Positions 37,445 through 49,985 of a stretch of DNA of 64,000 bases are shown in pieces; the first letter of the stretch is position 1; each line of letters opens with the position of its first letter. The position numbers were made by a program, and so were the translations under genes. Source of the DNA: Octopus sinensis (lineage: Eukaryota); NCBI RefSeq assembly GCF_006345805.1, contig NC_043004.1:83576001-83640000 (forward strand), in the 5' to 3' direction. The notes beneath the pieces are model-generated. The model was not told where the DNA came from. It saw only the letters and a program-made list of their open reading frames with translations, and did no database searches.

Positions 37445-37631
37445 ATTTCGCAACCACACAGTTCCATTTCAATCCGACTCCATGGCATCTCGGGTACGTA
37501 TCTTCTAGTATAACCATGGGACAGCCAAAGCCTTGCGAGTGGATTTGGCAGACGGAAACTGGAAGAAACTCGTCGTATATATAAGGACACCCTGCAGTCA
37601 TGAATAACCACGGGATTGCACCTAGAAACCT

Positions 37632-37651
37632 GCGATAAAGAGAAAATGATC

Positions 37652-37682
<31 letters not shown>

Positions 37683-37735
37683 TAATAATAATGATAATAA
37701 TAATAATAATAATAATAATGATAATAATAATAATG

Positions 37736-37774
<39 letters not shown>

Positions 37775-37790
37775 TAATAATAATAATAAA
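37632..37790. repeat. (AAT)n microsatellite
   Basis: Directly visible. Confidence 0.95.
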
Positions 37791-37791
37791 A

Positions 37792-38255
37792 TAGATGGGC
37801 TACAACAAATATTCTGCTCAGTACCACAGATTTGCTTGTCAGTTGTTTGACTTTAACCAGTTGAGCATGTCCCTTATTAGCTGACTATATGTGCATCTCT
37901 GATCACGAGCAGAAGTAGTGGGGGAGCATCATAGCCGTGTGTTGAAAGGAATTCTTGGAGGTCTGGATAATTCACCTTTGGAAACATGGGTAGTTCGTTC
38001 AACATCCTTAAACAATCCTTATTCAGGGACCTCTTGAGCAGGATGGGCTACTTGACCAAAAGAAAATTCTAACTGGGCCCCACCTACAAGATCATGCACT
38101 GTTTCACCTTGATATGAGATCACCATGTTGCGCACATATGGTTGTGATGCATGTGCCTAGTGTACCCTTATCAGACGGGTAGTCATGATAGGTATACTGG
38201 ACTTCGTATATTTTACCCCAGTGCCACTTTGATGGCATGCACTTCGCTCTCACTC
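37792..38255 (+). mobile_element. Family D copy, 5'-truncated, embedded in (AAT)n
   Basis: (AAT)n on both sides; starts about 90 nt inside the longest copy. Confidence 0.88.
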
Positions 38256-38629
38256 AATAATAATAATAATATTAATAATAATAATAACAGCCTGTGTATG
38301 TGTGTGCGTGCGTGTGCATGTGCGATGGTGTGTGTGAGCATGTGTGCATGATTTTGTGCCTGTGTACAGACACAACCAGAAAACCATGCACGCACATACC
38401 ATTGCACATACACTCGTACACACGCACACCGCTTTACAACCGGCGTTGGTACGTTTACGTTCCTGTAACTAAGTTGTTGGGCAAAAGAAACCGACAGGAT
38501 GCGTACTAAGCTTAGAAGGTAAGTCCTGGGGTGGATTTTTGTGACTAAGATCCCTGAAAAGGCACTCCAAAATGGCCGCTGTTAAATGAGTGAAGGAAGT
38601 AACTGAATATATACGTATATCGAAAGTTC

Positions 38630-38912
38630 TCCCCGAGGCACAAATCCAGGGCAAGGTTGTTTATGGATGACCAGCAGTCAGCAGTGCGTACCAGCCTCTC
38701 CTCTCCTCGCCACATGTTATTCAAAGGAAAGGCAAAGACAGATATATCTTGGCATCAGTGACATCGCAACTCATTGCTACAGCTGAGTGAACTGGAGCAA
38801 CGTGACATAAAGTGTCTTGCTCAAGACCAAAACACATAGCCCGGTTTGGGAATCGAACTCAGAATCTCATCATTGTAAGCCCGACGCCTTAACCACTGAG
38901 CTATGCGCCTAC
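38630..38912 (-). mobile_element. tRNA-derived SINE family E
   Basis: The minus-strand head GTAGGCGCATAGCTCAGTGGTTAAGGCGTCGGGC..GAGTTCGATTCCC is tRNA-like and is followed by TTGAGCAAGACACTTTAT..GCTCCAGTTCACTCAGCTG. Confidence 0.82.
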
Positions 38913-39269
38913 ACTTGCTTATATATCACACAAATATGCATACACACACGTGTGGCTATGTATGTATATTTGTACACATGTGTATCAACTTATAAATTAT
39001 AAACGCGTATATACATATATGTGTGAGTGTTTATATATGTATGTGTAAGCATAAATGCATTCATATAGACACAAACACACACGCGCACACACACACACAC
39101 ACGCACACATTGTCTGTCTGTCTGTCTGTCTCCCTCTCTCTCATTCCGCTCTCGCTTGTCGCACTCACACATACACACGCAGACGATAAAATGTTTTTAG
39201 GAATTTCGTCAGACAAATAAAACGCTATAAAATATGCTGCCGAAAGTTTCAAGTAAATATCTATGTACA

Positions 39270-39353
<84 letters not shown>

Positions 39354-41279
39354 TATATCATAGGTGTGTGTGAGACAGAGAAAGAGAGTGATTGTGAGAG
39401 TGTGTGTTTGTTTGTGTGTGTGTGTCTGCGTATGTGTGTGTGTGTGCTTAGAATTTTGTACTTTATCGGTAAAAGTTGTTACTTGTAAAAATTCATATAT
39501 TTTCAATCTTCGTCTTACAAATGCATACCATTGTTGAGTAGTGGTGCCAAGGTAAAGATTTCATGCACTATGTCTTTAAACTGCTTATCACTTTCCTTAG
39601 ATACATGCAAACTCACACACACACACACACAATCACAATCACACAGACAGACACTCACATACACACATACAGAGGTTTTCAAACCGCTTATCACTTTCTT
39701 TAGATACACGTATACGCACACAAACACAGACAGCATAAATAGTTAAAATTCTTTAAGACGATACCAATGCTATAGTAAGAACTATCGACAACATAAAGTT
39801 ATATACATAGAAAACATAATGGATTTGGTGCTAAAAGAAACTCTATTGTACATTACGAATCTTATTCAGCTTATTTTGATTTTTTTTTCTTTTGAGTTGC
39901 ATTATTGTTCCATTTTCTCTTTATAATCTCCAAGCTAAAATTATATATGAGTTATCCCCCGTGAAATCTATACAATCGTATAGAGTATCGTCCCTTCACA
40001 ATAGCTGTGTTGCTTCAATCTAGTAACGCACACCGTTACTACGATGGTGTTTTCCTAATTGCTTGTGTGTGAGATCGTTGCTTGCTTTAAACATTTCTAG
40101 TCTTTTAAGAAAGTAAACCTGTTGTTTATATGTTTGACCTTAAAATCCTATTCGTTAAAATTATTCAGAAATCGACGAATTAAGCGTAAATATTTCGGGA
40201 ATAACAAAATGAATAAATGACTAATAATATTTTCTGATTATTAGTAAGTACAAGAGGCACTAATGGTTATATTCTAGTAGTAGTAGTACCTTCACAGAGA
40301 ACAATAATCTTCATCTTAAAACCGAAATTATCCCGCAAACGCATAGCTCTGTGTAAATAATAAGAATATTTTTGTAGAATATATTTGCTTATAATCTTTT
40401 CTACTCTAGGCACAAGGCCCGAAATTTTGGGAGAGGAAGCCAGTCAATATCTATTGTCTTAGCAGCGCTGTATCTGTAGTAAGTACAAATATATGAGAAG
40501 ACATTCTTTACGAATCCAAACCGACATTAAAACGGTTACGGCGGGTATCATTTTCTATGCACATGAAGCAGATGCCGCTATACACTGACGCGATCCAGTT
40601 TCTGAAAGAAAAACGTAATAGCAGCCGCCTAGGTACATCGACTGTATGTGAAGCTTTGGATTGCCCAATAGATTAAAAGCCCCAGTGAAACTATTTACAT
40701 CATCTGTCCTCTCCATTATAAACAACTGTATACTCGAATATGCATGTCTGTCCTTTACTGAATGCCTATTCCTTATCCAGCTCAGCACAGTTAATTCTAA
40801 GTTGAAGTCACTTACTTTAATTCACTTTTTGTCCTGGACATACTCGATGTGACGAATGTATAATCTGGAGCAGCAGTCAATGTCTTTTTATGTACTATTT
40901 TCATGTGAGAGGCTTTATGCATCTGCGACCAACGCTGCCTCCTGTACCAAAATTCAGCAATTTTCACTTTCCAATTCTGTATATTACATTTACGAATAGC
41001 TCTACATTTTACACAGTTGCACTTATGTGTCGCTTTTCTTCCCCTGAAGCGGGTTATGTACCAGAATGCTATTATGTACTTTGTTGATCATTAATTTGTG
41101 GTTTATGCAAACTTTACCTAATCATAGTATATGCCTGTTCAATGTAGTTATACTCTAAGTCTATCTTTTTTAAAATGAAAATCAGCTACTTGCGATTATG
41201 TCTATATACGGCGGAGGATTTTGTTAATGGTTGTACTTGTTTTTATTTACCTGGATAAATATCTATTTATAATACTTTT

Positions 41280-42332
41280 CTACTCTAGGTAAAAGGCACA
41301 AAATTTATTAGGAGTGGGCCATTTGATTGGATCGATCCCAGTATGCAACATGTACTTAATTAATCCACCCGAAAAGGATGAAAGGCAAACTCGGTCTCAG
41401 CGGAAATTGAACTCAGAACATACTTTTCTACTCTAGCACAAGGTCCGAAAATTTAGGGGAGGAGCCAGTCGATTAGATCGACCCCAGTATGCAACTGGTA
41501 TTTAATTTATTGGCCCTGAAAGGATGAAAGGCAATTTGAACTGATAACGTAAAGAGAAACGAAATACGGCTAAGCATTTCGCCCGGCGTGCTAACGATTC
41601 TGCCAGATGTATAATCTTTTCTACTCTAGGCACAAGGCCCGAATTCTTTGCGGAGGGGACCAGTCGATTAGATCGACCCCAGTACGCAACTGGTAATTAC
41701 TTTATCGACCCCGAAAGAATGAAAGGCAAAGTTGACCTCGGCAGAATTTGAACTCAGAACGTAGTGGCACAAGAAATATCTATTTCGTTACTACCCACAA
41801 GGGGCTAAACACAAAGAAGACAAACAAGGACAAACAAACAGATTAAGTCGATTATATCGACCCCATTGCGTAACTGGTACTTATTTAATCGACCTCGAAA
41901 GGATGAAAGGCAAAGCCGACCTCGGCGGAATTTGAACTCAGAACGTTCAGGCAGCGAGCTGACAGAATCGTTAGCACGGCGGACGAAATGCTTAGCGGTA
42001 TTTTGTCTGCCGCTACGTTCTGAGTTCAAATTCCAACGAGGTCGACTTTGCCCTTCATTCTTTCGGAGTCGATTAAAAAAGTACCAGTTACGCACTAGGG
42101 TCGATATAATCGACTTAATCCGTTTGTCTGTCCTTGTTTGTCTCTTCTATGTGTAGCCCCTTGTGGGTAGTAAAGAAATAGGTATTTCGTCTGTCTTTAC
42201 ATTCTGAATTCAAATTCCGTCGAGGTCAACTTTGCCTTTCATCGTTGACAAAGTAATTACCAGTTGCGTACTGGGGTCGATCTAATCGAATGCCCCACCT
42301 CCCCCAAAATTTCGGGCCTAGTGCCTAGAGTT
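41280..42332. mobile_element. SINE family A cluster: three minus-strand pieces followed by a plus-strand dimer
   Basis: 41615-41946 (minus dimer) and 41950-42332 (plus dimer) are head-to-head inverted copies. Confidence 0.88.
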
Positions 42333-42657
42333 GTTGTTGTTGGCACTCCATCAGTTACGATCAATGAAACAGCCTGCTCGTGAAATTAACGTGCAAGTGG
42401 CTGAGCACTCCACAGACAGTTGTTCTCCACAACGTAGTTCTGGCTCTTTGAAATACAGGTACAACAGAAACAAGAAAAGTGAGAGAAAGTCGTGGTGAGA
42501 GTACAGCAGGGTTCGTCACCAACCCCTGCTGGAGGCTTGTGGAGCTTTAGGCATTTTCGCTCAATAAACACTCACAATGCCCGGTCTGGGAATCGAAACC
42601 GCGATCCTACACCTGCGCGTCCAGTGCCCTAACCACGGGGCCATTGCGCCTCCACAG
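42333..42657 (-). mobile_element. tRNA-derived SINE family C2 with (CAA)n tail
   Basis: Minus head GTGGAGGCGCAATGGCCCCGTGGTTAGGGCAC..GGTTTCGATTCCCAGACCGGGC. Confidence 0.85.
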
Positions 42658-43319
42658 TGCCTGGTGTAGAAAATAATATTTATGAAATTTGCAAAGCTGT
42701 GGGCTTGGAAAAATCGTTACCACGCCGCGAAAATGCTACGCGGCATGTTGTGCGTCTTCACATATTCGGTACAAATGCCACCGAGGCCTGCCTTATCTTT
42801 TGGCGTCCATAATATAATAGATACTAGTTGAAATCTGGGTGACCATGTAATCAACTTATCTCAATCTCACGAAATTACTGACCATGTACCAAAATTTGGA
42901 ACCAGTATTACATATTAACCGTCACCATTTTCCTGGCATTTGGGACTTTTATTCTGTCTGTCTGTCCCGCTTCATCTCTTCTCCGGCTTTTCCACTTCTT
43001 CCTTGTACCACAATTTTGAGACATTAGAGAAGAATATTAACGCAAAATACTCTCGCATGAAGTGATGACACGTAAGAAAAACACATCAAACTATGTTGTT
43101 TGCTATAACTATATGAATGCCGTGGCTACTGCTGCTGTTTCTAACACTACTCGTAATTGAACTACTGCTGCTGATGATGGTGATGATGATAACGTTCATG
43201 ATGATGATGATGATGATAACGATGACGACGCGATGTGATTTCTGCCCAGTGCAGTAAATGTCAAATTATACATATACGTACATCTCTATCTCCTTTTATA
43301 TTCGGATTTGTTCATAAAA

Positions 43320-43339
43320 TGACGATAACGATGATGATG

Positions 43340-43371
<32 letters not shown>

Positions 43372-43465
43372 GATGATGATGATGATTGTTGTTGTTGTTG
43401 TTGTGGTGGTGGTGGTGGTGGTGGTGGGGGTGATGATGATGATGATGTTTACGACAACAACGATG
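43320..43465. repeat. (GAT)n(GTT)n(GGT)n compound microsatellite
   Basis: Directly visible; explains the poly-M and poly-V ORF. Confidence 0.95.
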
Positions 43466-43944
43466 ATAATTATTGTTGAAAACTATTAATTCTGGTTCTT
43501 TGAATATAGCAATTTCAGATGATGTACGCCTAGTTTTAAATTGTTTTCGGTTTCTTTTTCGTTTTCTTTTCTTTTTATAGAAAAATTAATCCAATTTTCC
43601 GAAGCTAGCATAGTTTATTTTTACGGAAGCCTTAAAAAGTATGTGGCCATCAACAAAATTCGAACATGGAAACTACAATTGTTACAGCTATTCAATGTAT
43701 TCTTTTCTTTATGGCAAATGCCTTTGTTTATTGTTTCTAAAATATAAAAGATCGTAGTGAAATATATATTGTAATTTAACGCAATTAAGTAGATTTGGTA
43801 AACAATTCGAGATAATAAATGACCGTTTGAATGCATTATGTGGACCTAAATTAGAATAACGAAATGAAAGTTTGGGATTTACATGAATTTTTGCGTATAG
43901 CATTACAAGCACAGCATACATAATGCAATATGTAATCGATCGGG

Positions 43945-44740
43945 AAAGTGCATTTTGCATGAAGATCTGCATTTCCACCCGTACAAATTGGTCATTGGGC
44001 AACAGTTAAAACCATGAGACTATGCAGAGCAGCTTAATTTCGCACGTCAGATGGAAGTGGTTTTTGAGGCAAATGACAACCTCATTTTTGTTAATGAGTG
44101 ATGAAGCTCATTTTCATCTCAATGGCATGGCGAAATAACAGAACTATCGTTATTGGGCTCGTGAATATCCGAGAGAAATACACGAATGACCACTGCACAG
44201 TCCTAAGTGAGGGTCTGATCTACTGCTGCAGAAGCGGCTGTTATTGGTCCTTACATTTTGAAGACAATAATGGAATTTCTGTTACAGTGGACTCCGAGTG
44301 GTACAGCGAGATGATAAATGACTTCTTTCTGTCTGAATTACAATTAAAATGTACGCCTCTTTCACGTATGTGGTTTCAGCAGGATATAGCGACGGCACAC
44401 ACCACCAGAGCATCAATGGACGTTCTTCGCCTTCTCTTTGGTGACCACCTGATTTCCAGACTTTCTGACATTCCTTGGCCCGCTCCGTACCCTGATTTGT
44501 CCAAGTATGATTATTTCTGTGACGAAACCTCAAGGCACGTGTGTATGCACATAAGCCCCATACACTGAACTATTTGAAGGAAGCAATTCGCGGGAAAGTC
44601 GCCCATATCGACAGAGCAATCCTGGAGAGAGTGGAAGCCAACTTCAAAGAACGCCTTCAGAAATGCATGAATAGAAACGGACACCACATGATGGATGTTG
44701 TTTTCAAACACTGAATTCTTAAAAATGCTAATTTAATAGG
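43945..44740 (+). mobile_element. Tc1/mariner DD41D (rosa-type) transposase pseudogene, 5'-truncated
   Basis: ILHEDLHFHPYKL, MSDEAHFHLNG, WFQQD and WPAPYPDLSKYD; 41 residues between the second and third Asp, counted in ORF 44098-44568. Confidence 0.88.
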
Positions 44741-44850
44741 AACACAATGATGTCAAAAGATTTTCTTTGCAGAATGTGTAATAGTGATACAAGAATGCAC
44801 TAATATTTACTGGAAATAGCAGTCGATAATATACGACAAAAATATTTATA

Positions 44851-44887
<37 letters not shown>

Positions 44888-45039
44888 GCATATATTCATA
44901 TATATATATATATATATATGGATATATATATACACGCATATATATATATATATATATATACATAGAAAGAGAGAGAGAGAGAGAGAGAGAGACGGACATA
45001 CATAAACGCACAGGCGTGCGTGTGTGTACGTGTCTGTGT

Positions 45040-45090
<51 letters not shown>

Positions 45091-45354
45091 CTGTAGTTTG
45101 GTATTTGACACATGCCACTACTTGCCAGCCAGTATTGTTTTGTTTGCGTCCCGTAACTTTGAGATTTGGAAAAGATTATGACAGAATAACTATTAGACTT
45201 TAAAAAATATATATACTTCAATCAATTTGTTCGAATAAATCCTTTAAGGCCTTGCCCCATCATGGCCGCAGCCTAATGAGTGAGACAAGTAACAGGTAAA
45301 CGTTGTAATATACAGTGTGTTAATAAATAAACGTTACACATTGTTAAATTCAGA

Positions 45355-46055
45355 AAAACAAAACAAAACTAGATCACTCTTCAGAATTTGTATCAAAACG
45401 TTCCCAGACTAGTTATGCTTAATAAAATATAATTTATTTACCTTTCACATTATCTCCTTCGAAATAGTCACCTTGCGCGCCAATATTCCGATCCCGGCAT
45501 TCGTCCCACTTTTGGAATCCAGCCTGGAATTCGTTTTCTTTAAACGAGTCAGGGACCTTCTGTGAGTCGCTCTTGATCTCTACAACCGTTTTAAAACGCC
45601 GACCTTTGAGCTGAATTTCCATCTTTGGGAAGAAACATAAATCTTCAGGTACGAAATCCGGTGAATAGGGCTTTTGCGGAAGCGATGCCTTGTTGTTTTT
45701 GGCGAGAAACTCGGGAGTGAGAAGAGCTAGGTGACAGAGTGTATTGTCGTCGTGAAGCATCCAATTCTTTGCAAACGTTAGGATTGGCTGCATAGACCCA
45801 TACGACAGACCAACATCATTTGCAATATCGTCGGTGATTTTACTCCGACGATTCTCATTCACAAGTTGGTTACTTTTCTCCATATCGTGAGTGACCTAGT
45901 AACACGTCTCCCAGATAACTCATCGACTTCCACGGAATTCTTCCTAGTTGAAGCACCCGTGCCACTTAAAACATTGCGTGCGACCCATTGCCAAATCATG
46001 CTCAATGTCTGTGCAGTAGGCCTCCCAGATTTAATGCAAAATTTCAGTTACTTAC
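45355..46055 (-). mobile_element. Internally deleted mariner (DD34D) element
   Basis: GRTQCFKWHGCF, WMLHDDN, KPYSPDFVPED, LKGRRFKTVVEIK and GDYFEGDN; the middle of the transposase is missing. Confidence 0.85.
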
Positions 46056-46093
46056 GTTATTTATATTATTTACATTATTTATATTTCACGGAT

Positions 46094-46213
46094 ATTTGTC
46101 TTCATCTTGTTTGTTGTTAACACAACGTTTCGGCTGATATACCCTCCAGCCTTCGTTAGGTGCCTTGGGGAAATTTCAAGCCTGGGTTGACCTCAAACAA
46201 GATGAGGACAAAT
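46094..46213 (-). mobile_element. Small pLTR-like fragment: 20-bp inverted repeats enclosing a degenerate minimal hammerhead (46120-46163)
   Basis: Arms ATTTGTCTTCATCTTGTTTG / CAAACAAGATGAGGACAAAT. Inside, the minus strand reads GCAC-CTAACGA-A-GGCTG..CAGCC-GAAACGTT-GTGT. Confidence 0.55.
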
Positions 46214-46245
46214 AGCCGTCAAATGTAAATAATGTAAATAATAAT

Positions 46246-46660
46246 AGGCGCAGGAGTGACTGTGTGGTAAGTAGCTTGCTTACCAACCACATGGTTCTGG
46301 GTTCACTCCCACTGCGTGACACCTTGGGCGAGTGTCTTCTATTATATAGCCTCGGGCCGACCAAAGCCTTGTGAGTGGATCTGGTAGAGGGAAACTGAAA
46401 GAAGCCCGTCGTATATATGTATATGTATATATATGTGAGTGTGTGTGTTTGTGTGTCTGTGTTTGTCCTCCCAACATCGCTTGCCAACCGATGCTGGTGT
46501 GTCTATGTCCCCGTAACCTAGCGGTTCGGCAAAAGAGACCGTTAGAATAAGTACTAGGCTTACAAAAGATAAGTCCTGGGGTCTATTTGGTCGACTGAAG
46601 GTGGTCTTCCAGCTTGGCCGCACTCAAATGACTAAAAGAAGTAAAAGAGTAAAATAGTAA
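46246..46660 (+). mobile_element. SINE family B, full length
   Basis: Matches the other B copies. Confidence 0.9.
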
Positions 46661-46712
46661 TGTATATAATTCCTCATCTCTTAAATATAGAACTGTAAAT
46701 TTTCAAGTTGGC

Positions 46713-46772
46713 CTTGTGGAGATGTACTTGTAGAGATGCACTTGTGGAGATGTACTTGTGGAGATGTACTTG
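46713..46772. repeat. 14-bp tandem repeat (CTTGTGGAGATGTA) x4
   Basis: Directly visible, with 2 substitutions. Confidence 0.92.
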
Positions 46773-46930
46773 ATCTGAGATATTGTGCTGAAAAAAAAAT
46801 GCAGCGTGGAAAGTGCTTATAAGCTATTTAAAAACACAGAAAGACCGTTAGATTCACTTCAATTTGTCAAAATATTTTCGTCTATTTGAAACCGTGACCT
46901 ATTCATTGATAACATATATATATATATATA

Positions 46931-46995
<65 letters not shown>

Positions 46996-47419
46996 ATATA
47001 TAAAGAGACATTTTGTAAAAACATTCGTATGCATATTAAGAAAGAAAGAGAAGGAAGAACAGTAACAAACATTTCTATGACTTCCTGAAACAAATTCTTA
47101 TACATACATATATCCTAATATATACGTACATATATACAGACACGTATAAACGCATACACAGCAATGTACACACATAGTGATTATGACTGTTATCGTCAAT
47201 TTTACGTCCCTTCGCAAGAAAACTACTTAAAGATCTGAAAATGTTAAATGCGCAGGTGACTGCTGACTACTTCATATATACAAATATCAATGATAACCGC
47301 GATATTATTTTATTATGCATAAGTATGGGAGACTGTGTTTACGATATTAAAAAAAATATATCGCTTTATCAATTCTTTCTGTTATATAATTAGTTAGAAT
47401 ACAAATGAGGTAATTTCAT

Positions 47420-47434
47420 ATATATATGTGTGTG

Positions 47435-47480
<46 letters not shown>

Positions 47481-47512
47481 ATATATATATATATATTATA
47501 TATATATATATG

Positions 47513-47559
<47 letters not shown>

Positions 47560-47760
47560 TCACACATCTATATGTCTTGTTATATATACATATATGCATA
47601 TATTTACATATGCATATATATGTAAGGATATATATATATATATATATATATACATATGTATATACATCTGCGTATATATATATACATACACACACCCCCA
47701 TATATATATACATATATGTGTGTATATATATACATACATATATAAATACATATATACAAG
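47420..47760. repeat. Long interrupted (TA)n/(CA)n low-complexity tract
   Basis: Directly visible; source of several spurious ORFs. Confidence 0.95.
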
Positions 47761-48612
47761 TGTACATTTGTTTCTAAATATACACACACACAAACTCTCT
47801 CATATATATGCATACATACATTAAGCAGCATATCATTATTTTGACATGTATATACGTATGCATATATGAATGTTTGTGTGTGTGTGTGCATGTATGTCTG
47901 TGTACGTGCGTGTACGTGTGAGTCACATACATATTCTCATATATATGCATATATAGATTAACCATCATATTCTTATTTTGACAGTTATGTATATATGAAT
48001 GTTTGTGTGTGCCTTTGTGTGTGTGCATATATGTGTGTGTGTACGTGCGTGAATGTGTATGTGTATAAGTGTTTGTATGTGTGTTTGTGTGTTTAGCTAA
48101 AATTAAACGTGAATATTTAAGGAAAGCTAAAACTTATCATTTATTCTTTAATTTAAGAAGCATTAATCGTATTTTTTTTTCTTAAACACTTGCATTCATC
48201 ACCACTACTCCTACCGCGCCTCTCACTGCAATATGTTGGCAAACACACAGCGACTGCTCTGTACATTAAATGATGCGGTATGTCATGGTTTATTCCCGAA
48301 GGATGTAATGGTTCTCTTGTCAACTTGACGACTTCTCATTTTATTGTTTATTGTTATAAATGGATGTTTATTATGTTTCTGTTTTATCTGGATTAACTTA
48401 CTTCGTTTTGAAGTAAGGGTAGACGATAGCTGTGATATAACTGCTAACTTTTTCTCCAGATGTTCACCAACGAATTTATGCGTACTCATACGATCACATG
48501 TAAACAAGCGCATACATACGCGAGTACATATGCGATGAGTTATTCACAAACACACACATGTATAATTATGTATACATGAAAATATGTGTACGTCTCTCTC
48601 TCTCTCTCTCAC

Positions 48613-48651
<39 letters not shown>

Positions 48652-48654
<3 letters not shown>

Positions 48655-48806
48655 GTAAGTAGTTTGTTTACCAACCACATGGTTCCGGGTTCAGTCCCAC
48701 TGCGTGGCATCTTGGGCAAGTATCGTCTGCTATAACCCCGGGCCGACCAATGCCTTGTGAGTGGATTTGGTAGACGGAAACTGAAAGAAGCCTGTCGTAT
48801 ATATGT

Positions 48807-48884
<78 letters not shown>

Positions 48885-49112
48885 GTGTGTTTGTGTGTCT
48901 GTGTTTGTTCCCCTAGCATTGCTTGACAACCGATGCTGGTGTGTTTACGTCCCCGTCACTTAGCGGTTCGGCAAAAAAGACCAATAGAATAAGTACTGGG
49001 CTTACAAAAGAATAAGTCCCGGGGTCGAGTTGCTCGATTAAAGGCGGTGCTCCAGCATGGTCACAGTCAAATGACTGAAACAAGTAAAAGAGTAAAAGAG
49101 AGTAAAGAGAGT
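48652..49112 (+). mobile_element. SINE family B, near full length
   Basis: Matches the other B copies; long internal (TA)n. Confidence 0.9.
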
Positions 49113-49770
49113 ATATATATATTTGTATGTATATATGTATATATATATATATGTACACACACATGCATGTATGTATCGTACATGTAGATAAATATATATA
49201 CATATATATGTATGCGTGTGTGTATGTGTATGAGAGTTTGTATCTATGGATGTATATGCGTATGTACAAATATTGATGATGAGAAACAGAGATGGTTAAA
49301 GAAAGGCGTCACCAAACTATGGCATTGGAATAAATGTTTTGTAGATGAGTCAAGAATAATGGTTTTAAATTTAAGCATAATCGCAAGAATTTATTTTAGG
49401 AGAGGCTTAAGTCGATGCTTCTGACGTCAGTTGTTTTAACTATTAGTTATCTACGGAAAGATGAAAGGCAAATTTGACTCCAGCATGATTTGAACCGGAA
49501 ACGTAAAAGAAAGAAAGAAATCCGGCAAGTCATTTAACCACTACTCTGTAATGCTTCGGCTGCTACGCCGTCTCATGAGTCACATGTAATTTTGTATGAT
49601 AACGTTGGCTTAGAAGGTTTTTGAATAGAGGCAGAAATAAATAAAGAAATGTATTGTTTTTTCAGTGAATAATGTATGCTGATTGTTATGAATCCTCGCA
49701 GCAGAATTTATCAATATATAGAGAAAAGTATGTGACGACAAACCTAGGACATATCCAACATCTGTTGTAA

Positions 49771-49985
49771 TGCGGCGAGCTGGCAGAATCGCTAGCACGT
49801 CGGGTGAGATGCTTATCGCTATTCCGTCTGTCTTTACGTTTAGAGTTCAAATTTCGCCGAGGTCGACTTTGCCTTTCTTCCATTCGAAGTCGATAAATTA
49901 AGTACCAGTTACGTACAGGAGTTCATCTGATCGACCGGCCCCTCCCCACAATTTTCTGGCCTTGTGCCTAGAGTAGAAAAGAATA
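49771..49985 (+). mobile_element. SINE family A monomer
   Basis: Head, core and tail present; ACATCTGTTGTA occurs just before and just after the copy (possible target-site duplication). Confidence 0.88.

Noticed and set aside
48283-48520. Possible GIY-YIG C-terminal relic (VGEHLE..., QENHYI)
   Set aside because: Too degenerate to distinguish from chance by eye.
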